Shown here one piece after another: positions 46,710 to 54,718 of a DNA stretch of 64,000 nucleotides; positions within the stretch are counted from its first letter, which is position 1; every line of letters starts with the position of its first letter. The translations under genes were made by a program, and so were the position numbers. The notes beneath the pieces were generated by a model. It worked only from the letters and a program-made list of their open reading frames with translations, was not told the DNA's origin and made no database searches. Source of the DNA: Acidobacteriota bacterium (lineage in GTDB: Bacteria; Acidobacteriota; Terriglobia; Terriglobales; Acidobacteriaceae); NCBI GenBank assembly GCA_046727255.1, contig JBKPCG010000034.1:6465-70464 (forward strand). The letters are read 5' to 3'.

Positions 46710-47618
46710 CTAGACTTTCTTCTTCTTCGGGTGTCGCAGCGAAGCCACTATCGACGTTCCCAGCACAAGCACAATGACAGCCAGCGTCCAGATTGTCGGG
46801 ATGTGGAAATAATGCGCGCCGATCATCTTCACTCCGACAAAAATCAGCACAACCGACAACCCATAGTGGAGGAAGTGAAACAGATCCATCATCCCGGCCA
46901 AGGCGAAATACATCGAGCGCAGCCCGAGAATTGCGAAGACGTTGGACGTATAAACGATGAATGCATCGAGCGTGATCGCGAGCACCGCCGGAATCGAATC
47001 CACGGCAAACAGCACATCGGTGGTTTCGATCAGGATCAGCACGACCAGGAGCGGTGTCGCATAAAGGCCCGGATTGCGGACCAGAAACTTTCCGCCAACG
47101 TAGTCCTTCGTGACCGGCATCACCTTGCGAAATAGTCGGAGCACCGGGTTCTTCTCCGGATGGATTTCCGTTTCTCCCTGGCGAAACAGCTTGATCCCCG
47201 AATAAACCAGCAGGGCCCCGAAGAAATACGTGATCCATTCGAAGCGCCGGATCAAAGTGACGCCCGCCAGGATGAACAGCCCGCGCATGACAAGCGCGCC
47301 TACGATCCCCCAGAACAACACCTTGTGCTGATGGTCATCGTGTACTTTGAAATAGCGGAAGATCACCAGGAAGACAAACAGGTTATCGACGCTGAGCGAG
47401 AGCTCAACGACGTATCCGGTGACGAACTCCAGCATGCTGGTGCGGCCATGCCAGAAAAGAACGAACACGGCAAAACCGGCGGCCAGCGCGATCCAAACGC
47501 CCGACCAGATCAACGCTTCGCGAAAACCGACTCGATGGGATCGGCGATTCAGCACTCCCAGATCGAGTACCAACATCGCCACGACGAAGAGGTTAAAAAG
47601 AATCCAGAAGAGGAGCAC
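46710..47618 (-). CDS. terC: TerC/Alx-family integral membrane protein
   Basis: 302 aa with typical TerC N-terminal and repeated motifs (…LSVDNLFVFLVIF… and …AVDSIPAVLAIT…). GTG start. Confidence 0.9.
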   Translation of the reverse strand: MLLFWILFNLFVVAMLVLDLGVLNRRSHRVGFREALIWSGVWIALAAGFAVFVLFWHGRTSMLEFVTGYVVELSLSVDNLFVFLVIFRYFKVHDDHQHKVLFWGIVGALVMRGLFILAGVTLIRRFEWITYFFGALLVYSGIKLFRQGETEIHPEKNPVLRLFRKVMPVTKDYVGGKFLVRNPGLYATPLLVVLILIETTDVLFAVDSIPAVLAITLDAFIVYTSNVFAILGLRSMYFALAGMMDLFHFLHYGLSVVLIFVGVKMIGAHYFHIPTIWTLAVIVLVLGTSIVASLRHPKKKKV

Positions 47619-47632
47619 AGGAGAATAGTACG

Positions 47633-47805
47633 ACAGGTCACAGGCCAGAGGTCAGAGGTCACAGGTGGTAGGTCGCAGGTCGCCGAAAAGGCAAAGCCAA
47701 ACGGGTTGCAAGGTCGATACAATTTTGCGTAGAGACGCGGCGTGCCAGGTCTCTTGTCCCCACCAGGGTCCCAGGTTTTCCTGCCACCTGCCACCTGAGA
47801 CCTGC
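47633..47805. repeat. Heptad-periodic inverted repeat (NCAGGTS subfamily) filling the peptidase-terC gap
   Basis: The left arm has 7 units: ACAGGTC ACAGGCC AGAGGTC AGAGGTC ACAGGTG GTAGGTC GCAGGTC (47633-47684). The right arm is CCTGCCACCTGCCACCTGAGACCTGC (47780-47805), followed by TTTTT and, 7 nt on, the peptidase stop. About 22 of 26 positions are complementary. Confidence 0.75.
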
Positions 47806-47812
47806 TTTTTCC

Positions 47813-49282
47813 CTACTTCACCCTCCCGCGTTTCCCATTCGCCCACTCGTCCCACATGCCCATCGATTTCATTTCGTCGTCCATGTGGGTCTCGTGCAGC
47901 GTTTGTTCAATCTGCGCGCGATCCAGGCGTGGACCAACGCGTTCGGAAGCATTCGCCAGGGCAAAGCTGAGGGCCGCGGCTTCGGCAACGTGTTTCTTGA
48001 GTTGCGGGAAATCAACTTTGTCGTAGGTGTCCGACGTGGCATGGTAATTCACCAGGTAGTTCGCTTCGTCCTGTTCGGCGACGAACGTCGGCACGCCCTC
48101 GAGCATGAAATCGAAGTGATCGGTGCCGGCTTCCGCAGTCGGGATCAGCTTAGCGGCACCGAATTGCTCGAGCGGCGCGACCAGCGCTACGGCCGACGAC
48201 ACGACATCCTTACGTCCACCGGTGGAAAACGAGGTTGTCTTGCCGGTTCCCGCATCGAAGACGACCACCCCGGCAGCTTTGTCGAGTTCATTGCGGTGAG
48301 CGACGGTGTACATGCGCGAGCCGATCAGTCCCTGTTCCTCTCCCGAAAACAAAATGAAACGCATGGAGCGGCGTGGCTTCAGTCCTGAGGCCTTGATAGC
48401 GCGTAGCGTGTCGATTACCAACGTGGCGTTGCAGCCGTTGTCGAGCGCTCCCGTCCCGAGTTCCCATGAATCCAGGTGGGCGCCGAGGATGACGAACTCC
48501 TCGGGCTTGTCGCTGCCGCGGATCTCAGCCACCACGTTCCAGGATTTGATCGGGCCACCAATCCGGTTGGGAATCGCGAGATCCGCCCACACCGGGTTCG
48601 CCGACGCTAGCAGGCGGGCAATCCGCTCTCCGTCCTCTCGCGCAACAATTACCATCGGCAGCTGATCGATTTCGCCGGCTCCGGAATTGGTATGCCGATA
48701 GAGAATGTCGTTATCGCGTGTGGCCATGAATGCGATGGCTTTGGCTTTTCCCTTGACGGCAAGCGCAATCACTGCTGGCGCTTGCTCGTACTCTAAGAAA
48801 AGATCAGCCCATGTCGCCAGAACCTTCGTGTGCACCAGCAGGAGTTTGCCGGAAACGTCTCCAGCTTTGGCAAAATCGGCTTCGCTGCCCTGACCCACGT
48901 CCATGACGGGAACATGTTTCACGGCCGCCAGCGCGGGCGCCCAGGCGATCGACACTGCGCGGACCGGGAAGGCCGTGCCAGAATAGGTCGCCGCGGTCAT
49001 GGAGGTTGCACCTTCGGCCCACGATTGCTGAATCGTGAACTCTTCGGTGTGAACATTTTCGGCGCCGGTGGCCTTGAACGCGGCCACGCCCCAGTCCACC
49101 GCGCGCTGCATCGCCGGAGTACCGGGAACGCGGCCGCCAATTTCGTCGGTTAGACGGCGAAGGTTGTTTTCCAGCGGCGATGGTTTCAGTGCTTCCTGAA
49201 TCAATCGGTCGGTAGAGTTGTCAGTGGCAAACAGCGCCAGAGAAAAGAATGTTAGGCCCAACCACGCGAGTTTCCGAAGCAT
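47813..49282 (-). CDS. Secreted M28-family aminopeptidase with a PA domain
   Basis: Signal peptide MLRKLAWLGLTFFSLALFA. GAHLDSWELGTGALDNGCNA is the M28 metal-site pattern. I picked the Met at 49282, because the upstream 53 codons of the track ORF are translated heptad repeat (ATCDLRP x3). Confidence 0.85.
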   Translation of the reverse strand: MLRKLAWLGLTFFSLALFATDNSTDRLIQEALKPSPLENNLRRLTDEIGGRVPGTPAMQRAVDWGVAAFKATGAENVHTEEFTIQQSWAEGATSMTAATYSGTAFPVRAVSIAWAPALAAVKHVPVMDVGQGSEADFAKAGDVSGKLLLVHTKVLATWADLFLEYEQAPAVIALAVKGKAKAIAFMATRDNDILYRHTNSGAGEIDQLPMVIVAREDGERIARLLASANPVWADLAIPNRIGGPIKSWNVVAEIRGSDKPEEFVILGAHLDSWELGTGALDNGCNATLVIDTLRAIKASGLKPRRSMRFILFSGEEQGLIGSRMYTVAHRNELDKAAGVVVFDAGTGKTTSFSTGGRKDVVSSAVALVAPLEQFGAAKLIPTAEAGTDHFDFMLEGVPTFVAEQDEANYLVNYHATSDTYDKVDFPQLKKHVAEAAALSFALANASERVGPRLDRAQIEQTLHETHMDDEMKSMGMWDEWANGKRGRVK

Positions 49283-49323
49283 AGCGGGAGCATTAGAAAT
49301 GAAATTGAAGGAAAGGGAAAGAG

Positions 49324-49401
49324 GCAGGTCGCAGGGTCGCAGGTCGCAGGTCGCAGGTCGCAGGTCGCAGGTCGCAGGTCGCAGGTCGCAGGTCGCAGGT
49401 A
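49324..49401. repeat. Tandem heptanucleotide array: GCAGGTC, about 11 units with 9 consecutive perfect (GTCGCAG register 49336-49398)
   Basis: Counted directly. The + strand track ORF reads (RRSQVAG)x3 and the - strand reads (ATCDLRP)x3, which confirms 63 nt of exact 7-nt periodicity. It lies 41 nt upstream of the peptidase ATG. Confidence 0.9.
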
Positions 49402-49470
49402 ACACAAAATCTATCGACTCTAGGTGACAAGTGACTCGCAAGGAACCTGCCCCATTCGGAAATGGGTGTT

Positions 49471-49503
49471 CCTGAGACCTGTCACCTGCCCCCTGCGACC
49501 TGC
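49471..49503. repeat. Partner arm of the 49324-49401 array (CCTGAGACCTGTCACCTGCCCCCTGCGACCTGC)
   Basis: Its reverse complement, GCAGGTC GCAGGGG GCAGGTG ACAGGTC TCAGG, matches the start of the array. TTTT follows it and then the permease stop codon, the same junction as at 47805-47815. The spacer contains an extra hairpin, CCCATT-cgga-AATGGG. Confidence 0.7.
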
Positions 49504-49507
49504 TTTT

Positions 49508-50266
49508 CTACGCTGGCACCAGTCCCCAGCGCTCTTGCAGTTTGCGCTCCATGGTGCGGAAGACGAGGCCGTCGATGATGAAACCCAGGATAATGATCAG
49601 GATCATCACCGCGATGACCTGGTTCATATCGTTAAGGTCGCGGCCCATCATCAGTAGTTGGCCGAGGCCCAGACTCAGGAAAATCATTTCGGCCTGGATC
49701 AGCGAGCGCCAGCCGAAAGCGAAACCCTGTTTCAGACCTGAGACGATAAATGGCAAGCTGGCGGGCAACAGCACCGACCAGAACAGACGAAATCCCTTCG
49801 CTCCCAGATTGCGTCCAGCCATTCCGTAGATCTTCGGCATTTGTTTGCGGCCGTCTTCCATTGCAATCGTCACCGAGAGCAGCGAGCCCATCAGCACGAC
49901 GAACAGGATAGCCTTCTCCGTCAATCCGAACCAGAGGACCGCCAGCGGGATCCAGCAGATGCTCGGCAGCGACTGGAGGCTTACCAGCAATCCACCGAGC
50001 GTGTCTTCCAGGAACTTGTAGCTGCCCACGACCAGTCCCAGGATCATCCCAAGCACAACCGACAGGCTGTAGCCCACCAGCATGCGCTTCATGGTGACGC
50101 TGATTCCAATCCAGAAGCTGTGATCCTGAAAGCCGGCCCACAACGCTTCGGCGACGCCCCACGGCGGCGGGAACAGATACGGCGGCCAGAAGTGCAACTT
50201 CGCCAGCAGGGCCCATATCCCGATCAGTGCGCTATAAAAGAGGACTTGTTTACTTAGCTTTTTCAT
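49508..50266 (-). CDS. ABC transporter permease (NitT/TauT, sulfonate/nitrate/taurine type)
   Basis: A BPD-transporter EAA-like loop and 6 TM segments. I picked the Met at 50266 (MKKLSKQVLFYS...). Confidence 0.88.
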   Translation of the reverse strand: MKKLSKQVLFYSALIGIWALLAKLHFWPPYLFPPPWGVAEALWAGFQDHSFWIGISVTMKRMLVGYSLSVVLGMILGLVVGSYKFLEDTLGGLLVSLQSLPSICWIPLAVLWFGLTEKAILFVVLMGSLLSVTIAMEDGRKQMPKIYGMAGRNLGAKGFRLFWSVLLPASLPFIVSGLKQGFAFGWRSLIQAEMIFLSLGLGQLLMMGRDLNDMNQVIAVMILIIILGFIIDGLVFRTMERKLQERWGLVPA

Positions 50267-51176
50267 CGGCGTACTCCACTTCCAGGGACTTGTTGATCTC
50301 TTCGCGCAGACAATCCAAAATCTCGCGCGCCGTGCGTGCCACGTCGGTCTCTTCAATATGACGCGGACGGGGCAGAGCGATCGGAAACTCCTGCTTGACC
50401 CGGCCCGGACGGAAGGTCATCAGAACCACGCGATCTCCCAGACGCACTGCTTCACGCACGTTGTGGGTGACGAAAATGATGGTGCGGCCGGTTTCCGCCC
50501 AAATGCGCTCCAACTCGTCGTGCAGCAGGTCGCGAGTCTGGGCATCGAGCGCGGCGAACGGTTCGTCCATGAGCAGAACATCCGGCTCGGTAGCTAATGC
50601 GCGGGCCAGAGCAACTCTCTGCCGCATGCCGCCCGAAAGCTGATGCGTGTAGCTGTCGCGAAACTTGGAAAGATGGACCAGCCGCAGGTAGTACTGAATT
50701 TTCTCTTCGCGTTCGGCCTTGGAGATGTTCTTCATCTTCATGCCAAACTCAACGTTCTCGCCCACCTTCAGCCAAGGAAACAACCCCAGTTCCTGAAAGA
50801 TCAGGATGCGATCTGTCCCAGGTCCGCTGACGGGCTTGCCGTCCACGAACACCTGGCCTGAACTCTGCTGGTGCAGGCCGGCAATCAGGTGCAGCAGTGT
50901 GGACTTGCCACATCCCGACGGCCCAACGACACACACAAACTCTCCCGGCTTAACTTGCAAACTAATGTTGTCGAGCGCGACCAAACGTCCCTTCGCATTC
51001 GTTTTGTAGGTCAGCGAGATGCCATCCAGCGAAACCTTGGGAACAACATTCGCGACTTCTGGCCGCATCGGAATTACGGTCACGGAAGCGGCCGGCTTAC
51101 CACGCAATACGCTGGTGCGCCCGACTCCCCGGTGATCGGATGGAATCGGATACGCGTTCTGAGGATTCGTGCTCAT
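50250..51176 (-). CDS. ABC transporter ATP-binding protein (NitT/TauT family)
   Basis: GPSGCGKST (Walker A), LSGGMRQRVALARAL and LLMDEPF. About 40 N-terminal residues may be extra. Confidence 0.9.
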   Translation of the reverse strand: MSTNPQNAYPIPSDHRGVGRTSVLRGKPAASVTVIPMRPEVANVVPKVSLDGISLTYKTNAKGRLVALDNISLQVKPGEFVCVVGPSGCGKSTLLHLIAGLHQQSSGQVFVDGKPVSGPGTDRILIFQELGLFPWLKVGENVEFGMKMKNISKAEREEKIQYYLRLVHLSKFRDSYTHQLSGGMRQRVALARALATEPDVLLMDEPFAALDAQTRDLLHDELERIWAETGRTIIFVTHNVREAVRLGDRVVLMTFRPGRVKQEFPIALPRPRHIEETDVARTAREILDCLREEINKSLEVEYADEKAK

Positions 51177-52192
51177 TGAATGGCCTTCTTTCCCTTTTCC
51201 GCAAGAACCTGATTCAGAAGCGAGAGATCGTAGAGACTTGAAAGGTCCGGCATCTGGCGGCCCAGGAAGCCGGCGTCAAATGCCGACTTCGCCGCCGTCA
51301 TGAGCGACGACCGCAGCGGATCGTAAGTCACCGTCATGCGGCCAAAAGCGTCGTCCAGTAGCGGATCCGCCAATGGTTTCCCGGTTTCTTTCTTGATCTG
51401 CATGTTCAGCAACTTCTTGGCCTCGGGTAAATGGGCGCCGATCCACTCCGTCACTTCGACGTGGGCTCGGATCCAGTCCTTAACCAGGTCCGGATGCTCT
51501 TTCAGAAATTGCGTGCGAACGATGAGATGGGAAGTCACGAATTGTCTATTGGGCCAAAGCTCGCGCTCGTCCAGGAACAAGCGTCCGTTGCCCTCGCGGA
51601 TCAGGCGCGTTGCCCACGGCTCCGGAGCCCATGCCCCGTCGAGTTCCTTCTTCATGAAGAGTGTGAGCTGGTCCGGATTCGCCAGCGGGATTACCTGCAC
51701 GTCCCCGCCTTTGTCCGTGGACTTCATGCCGTGCGCGATGAGCCAGGCGCGAAGTGCGACGTCCTGCGTGTTGCCCATTTGTGGCGAAGCTACTTTCTTG
51801 CCATGAAAATCTTCGGGCTTCTGAATTCCAGAGTCGTTGCGGACCACCAGAGCCGCTCCTCCGCTGGTCGCGCCGGCCACGATACGCAGCGCTTCTCCAT
51901 TCGATCGAACGTAGCCGGAGATGGCCGGGTTCGGACCGATGTAAGTCATATCGATCGCGCCCGCGAAGAGCGCTTCGATCGCGGAAGGTCCGGCATTAAA
52001 ACTCTTCCAATCGATCGTGACCTTGGGCCCCATGCGTTTTTCAAACCAGCCGTTGGCCTTGCCCACCATAGCCTGCGAATGAGTAATGTTGGGAAACGCT
52101 CCGACGTGGATGACGGTTTGCGCCGACGCGATGATCCCGAACAGTAGGACGAACAATGAAAAGATTGCAGTGATGAAGCCCCGCTTAGTCAT
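51173..52192 (-). CDS. ABC transporter substrate-binding protein (SsuA / NMT1-like)
   Basis: A signal/TM anchor followed by NMT1/THI5-like periplasmic binding fold sequence. It overlaps its neighbours by 4 nt and 8 nt. Confidence 0.85.
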   Translation of the reverse strand: MTKRGFITAIFSLFVLLFGIIASAQTVIHVGAFPNITHSQAMVGKANGWFEKRMGPKVTIDWKSFNAGPSAIEALFAGAIDMTYIGPNPAISGYVRSNGEALRIVAGATSGGAALVVRNDSGIQKPEDFHGKKVASPQMGNTQDVALRAWLIAHGMKSTDKGGDVQVIPLANPDQLTLFMKKELDGAWAPEPWATRLIREGNGRLFLDERELWPNRQFVTSHLIVRTQFLKEHPDLVKDWIRAHVEVTEWIGAHLPEAKKLLNMQIKKETGKPLADPLLDDAFGRMTVTYDPLRSSLMTAAKSAFDAGFLGRQMPDLSSLYDLSLLNQVLAEKGKKAIQ

Positions 52193-52691
52193 GACCCTCT
52201 TTCCCGCCAGCGTGCACCATCAAGGGCAGCACAGTGGTTTCTGCCTTTTTCTTTTTGCTCCCGCGCTTCCCCGAACCGGCAGCGGGCTTGGTCATCAAGT
52301 CGGCGAGCGTTGTGTTTTCGAGAATCTTCGCCGCCGCATCCCGCACGTCCAGGAACACCTGGTAGAGGGCGCGGTGGTCAGCATCGCGGGTGATGAGGCC
52401 CCGTAACTGTTCGGCGTCGCCGAAGGGCGCCAGCGGACCGTCAATCAGGCGGATGATTTCGCTGAGCCGGATCTCCGCGGGCGGGCGACGCAATTGATAT
52501 CCACCCTTGGCGCCCCGCGCGCTTTCCACGATCCGTGCATTCTTCAGTTCCAGAAGAATCAGTTCCAGGAACTTTTCCGGCAGGTTCTCTTCATAGGCGA
52601 TGTCACGGATGCGGATCGCCCCCTGGCTATAACGACGCGTCAGCATCATCAGAGCCTGCAACGCATACAACCCTTTTTGAGAGATCTTCAT
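52185..52691 (-). CDS. Rrf2-family transcriptional regulator
   Basis: MKISQKGLYALQALMMLTR... is the Rrf2 wHTH N-terminus. It is the first gene of the ABC operon. Confidence 0.9.
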   Translation of the reverse strand: MKISQKGLYALQALMMLTRRYSQGAIRIRDIAYEENLPEKFLELILLELKNARIVESARGAKGGYQLRRPPAEIRLSEIIRLIDGPLAPFGDAEQLRGLITRDADHRALYQVFLDVRDAAAKILENTTLADLMTKPAAGSGKRGSKKKKAETTVLPLMVHAGGKEGHD

Positions 52692-52710
52692 TTACGCCCC
52701 TGTAACAATC

Positions 52711-52757
52711 CCTATCGGATTAATAGGCATTATAGGCAATTGCAAGCGCGATGCCAA
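52711..52757 (-). promoter_or_regulatory. Candidate sigma70-type promoter TTGGCA-N17-TATAAT with an adjacent CCTAT-N7-ATAGG inverted repeat
   Basis: Minus-strand reading gives TTGGCA (52757-52752), a 17-nt spacer, TATAAT (52734-52729), then g CCTAT taatccg ATAGG (52727-52711). This lies about 20 nt before the Rrf2 ATG, a plausible autoregulatory operator. Confidence 0.45.
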
Positions 52758-52910
52758 AGGCAGAATCCTCAGAACGAAAAATGAAGTCGTAGATTCAGCA
52801 GGTTACAGGTAGAAGAACCAGCGCTCGACAGGCATTGTGCAGGGATTTGCACTTCGACGCCAGGCGGCCCGTCCCGGACGGTCCAAGAGATTGTCAAGGA
52901 ATGAAACTGG

Positions 52911-53699
52911 TCAACTTACGCGCAGGATCTGGAGGGTGATGTTATCCGGCCCACCCCGCTCGCGGGCCAGTTCGATCAGTTCGCGGCCGGCCACTTCCGG
53001 GCTCTGATCCTGCACCACTTTCAGGATTTCCGCATCGTGCACCTGTCCCCACAAGCCGTCGGTGCATACCACCAGCACGTCCCGCGGTTGAAGAGGTTCC
53101 GGCTGCTCCGGAGACTCCATGATGAGATCAGCACTGGTTCCCAATGCCGCCGTCAGGATATTGCGCTGGGGATGTTTCTCCGCCTCTTCCCGGCTGATCA
53201 CGCCCGATTCCACCAACCGCCCGACGTAGGAATGGTCGTGGGTGATCTGCGTGATCTGCCCATCCCGGATCAAATAAAGCCGCGTGTCTCCAACATGCAC
53301 GTAATGCAGCGCATGCCCGACCAGCGCGATCGCAGTACAGGTCGTTCCCATCCCGCGCATTCGCGGGTGCGCAAAACCATGCTGCCGGACACGCTCGTGG
53401 GCAGTCTGCAAAGCTTCGTTTAATGTCTGTTGGGGATCGTCGCTGTCCAGGTCGCGATAGAACGAAGACACGGTCTCGACCGCCAGATGGCTGGCTTCCT
53501 GACCACCTTCGTAGCCGCCCATGCCATCGGCCACGATTGCCAGCCGCCCTTTGCGGAGAAATTGCTCATCATCCTCCGGCTCCCAATAGCCGAAGGAATC
53601 CTCATTGTTCTCGCGCTGGCAGCCGATATCGGACTGACCAGAGATTTCGACTCCGGGACGAACTTTCATCAAAGTGTCAGTGGTGCCGATCGGGTTCAT
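52911..53699 (-). CDS. PP2C-family Ser/Thr protein phosphatase
   Basis: ADGMGG, VCTDGLW and GGPDNITL motifs. Confidence 0.9.
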   Translation of the reverse strand: MNPIGTTDTLMKVRPGVEISGQSDIGCQRENNEDSFGYWEPEDDEQFLRKGRLAIVADGMGGYEGGQEASHLAVETVSSFYRDLDSDDPQQTLNEALQTAHERVRQHGFAHPRMRGMGTTCTAIALVGHALHYVHVGDTRLYLIRDGQITQITHDHSYVGRLVESGVISREEAEKHPQRNILTAALGTSADLIMESPEQPEPLQPRDVLVVCTDGLWGQVHDAEILKVVQDQSPEVAGRELIELARERGGPDNITLQILRVS

Positions 53700-54025
53700 G
53701 GGACAGGGAAACCCGCATGCAGGCGAAACACATGATTATAGAGGCTGAGGGGCGCGGTACTCAAACTGCGGACTGGAGACGATGGGTCGATAGAGAGGAA
53801 GACGGCAGCGACGAAGCGCCGTCCCCGAAGATCAGATATTTAGGAGTGCCAGAGCTTACGGACCGCAGGAGCCATCAGGCGCGTCGCCGGCCGCTGAGGC
53901 GACGGTAACGAAGGCCTGCTGTGAAGGGAGGCAGGCTTCGCGAAAGCTGCCATGAAAACATTGGGCGCGTCGCGGAGCAAAACAGAAGTCCCCCGTTCTT
54001 GCGAGTACAATTGAGCCGCACGTTT

Positions 54026-54616
54026 ATGCCTGACAACCCTGCAATTCCGCCCGCCCCGCCGCCACCTGGGCCACCGCTAAAAGCACAAACCGATTTTCAG
54101 ATTGGAGAAGAGTTTGGAACCGCCCGGCGCACGTTGCCCCCAGCGGGGATTGTCCTGCTGTGCATTGCGGCCGTGGCCGTGATCGTGGGCGCGGTCGCCT
54201 ACTTCAATCGCCAGAAGCCGCAAGCGTCCGGCTCGATCGATTACGTCACCGCCGTCGAAGTTCCCAGCCAGAACACGACCATGGTTGCCGTGACTCTGAC
54301 TTTGCGCAACAGCGGGGAAAGGTCGCTTTGGATTCATACACTGAAAGCCCAACTCACCGACGTCGACGGCAAAACCTTCGACGACGAAGCCGCTTCCGGT
54401 GTGGATTTCGACCGCTATTTCCAGGCGTTTCCCGCCCTGAAGGAGAATTCGCAGCCGCCGCTGTCGCCTGAGGCGAAGCTGCCGCCGGGAGCGGAACAAA
54501 GAGGAACCATTATCGTCAGCTTCCCGGTCACCAAGGACGCCTTCGATAAGCGCAAGTCCGTGACCGTGACCATCCAACCGTATGACCGGCAGCTGCCGGT
54601 GGTGCTGACAAAATAG
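54026..54616 (+). CDS. Membrane-anchored hypothetical protein (Pro-rich N-terminus, one TM, beta-rich ectodomain)
   Basis: MPDNPAIPPAPPPPGPP..., the TM segment GIVLLCIAAVAVIVGAVAYF and a DUF4352-like beta sandwich character. I picked the internal Met. Confidence 0.55.
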   Translation: MPDNPAIPPAPPPPGPPLKAQTDFQIGEEFGTARRTLPPAGIVLLCIAAVAVIVGAVAYFNRQKPQASGSIDYVTAVEVPSQNTTMVAVTLTLRNSGERSLWIHTLKAQLTDVDGKTFDDEAASGVDFDRYFQAFPALKENSQPPLSPEAKLPPGAEQRGTIIVSFPVTKDAFDKRKSVTVTIQPYDRQLPVVLTK

Positions 54617-54622
54617 AATGAC

Positions 54623-54714
54623 AATTTACCGCGGAGGACGCAGAGATCGCGGAGATTTCTGAAATCTCAATTCCTGATCTTCCTCAGCGCGCTCTGCGTC
54701 CTCAGCGGTAAATT
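54623..54714. repeat. Long hairpin: 32-nt arms (AATTTACCGCGGAGGACGCAGAGATCGCGGAG / CTCAGCGCGCTCTGCGTCCTCAGCGGTAAATT) with a ~28-nt loop
   Basis: Read from the sequence. The arms are about 27/32 complementary. It lies between convergent genes, 6 nt and 4 nt from the two stop codons. It carries the CTCTGCGTCCTC...GCGGTAAA motif that is also seen at 17079-17126 and 43075-43112. Confidence 0.7.
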
Positions 54715-54718
54715 GCAT

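Noticed and set aside
47619-47812. yybP-ykoY (Mn2+) riboswitch upstream of terC
   Set aside because: It was expected from gene context, but the conserved GGGGAGUAG and related loop cores are absent. Only a loose GGGGACAAGAGACC resemblance exists. This needs an Infernal search to be definitive.
49324-49401. Possible CRISPR array
   Set aside because: The repeat unit is only 7 nt with no spacers, and there are no cas genes in the window. It is a tandem microsatellite-like array belonging to the heptad inverted-repeat family.
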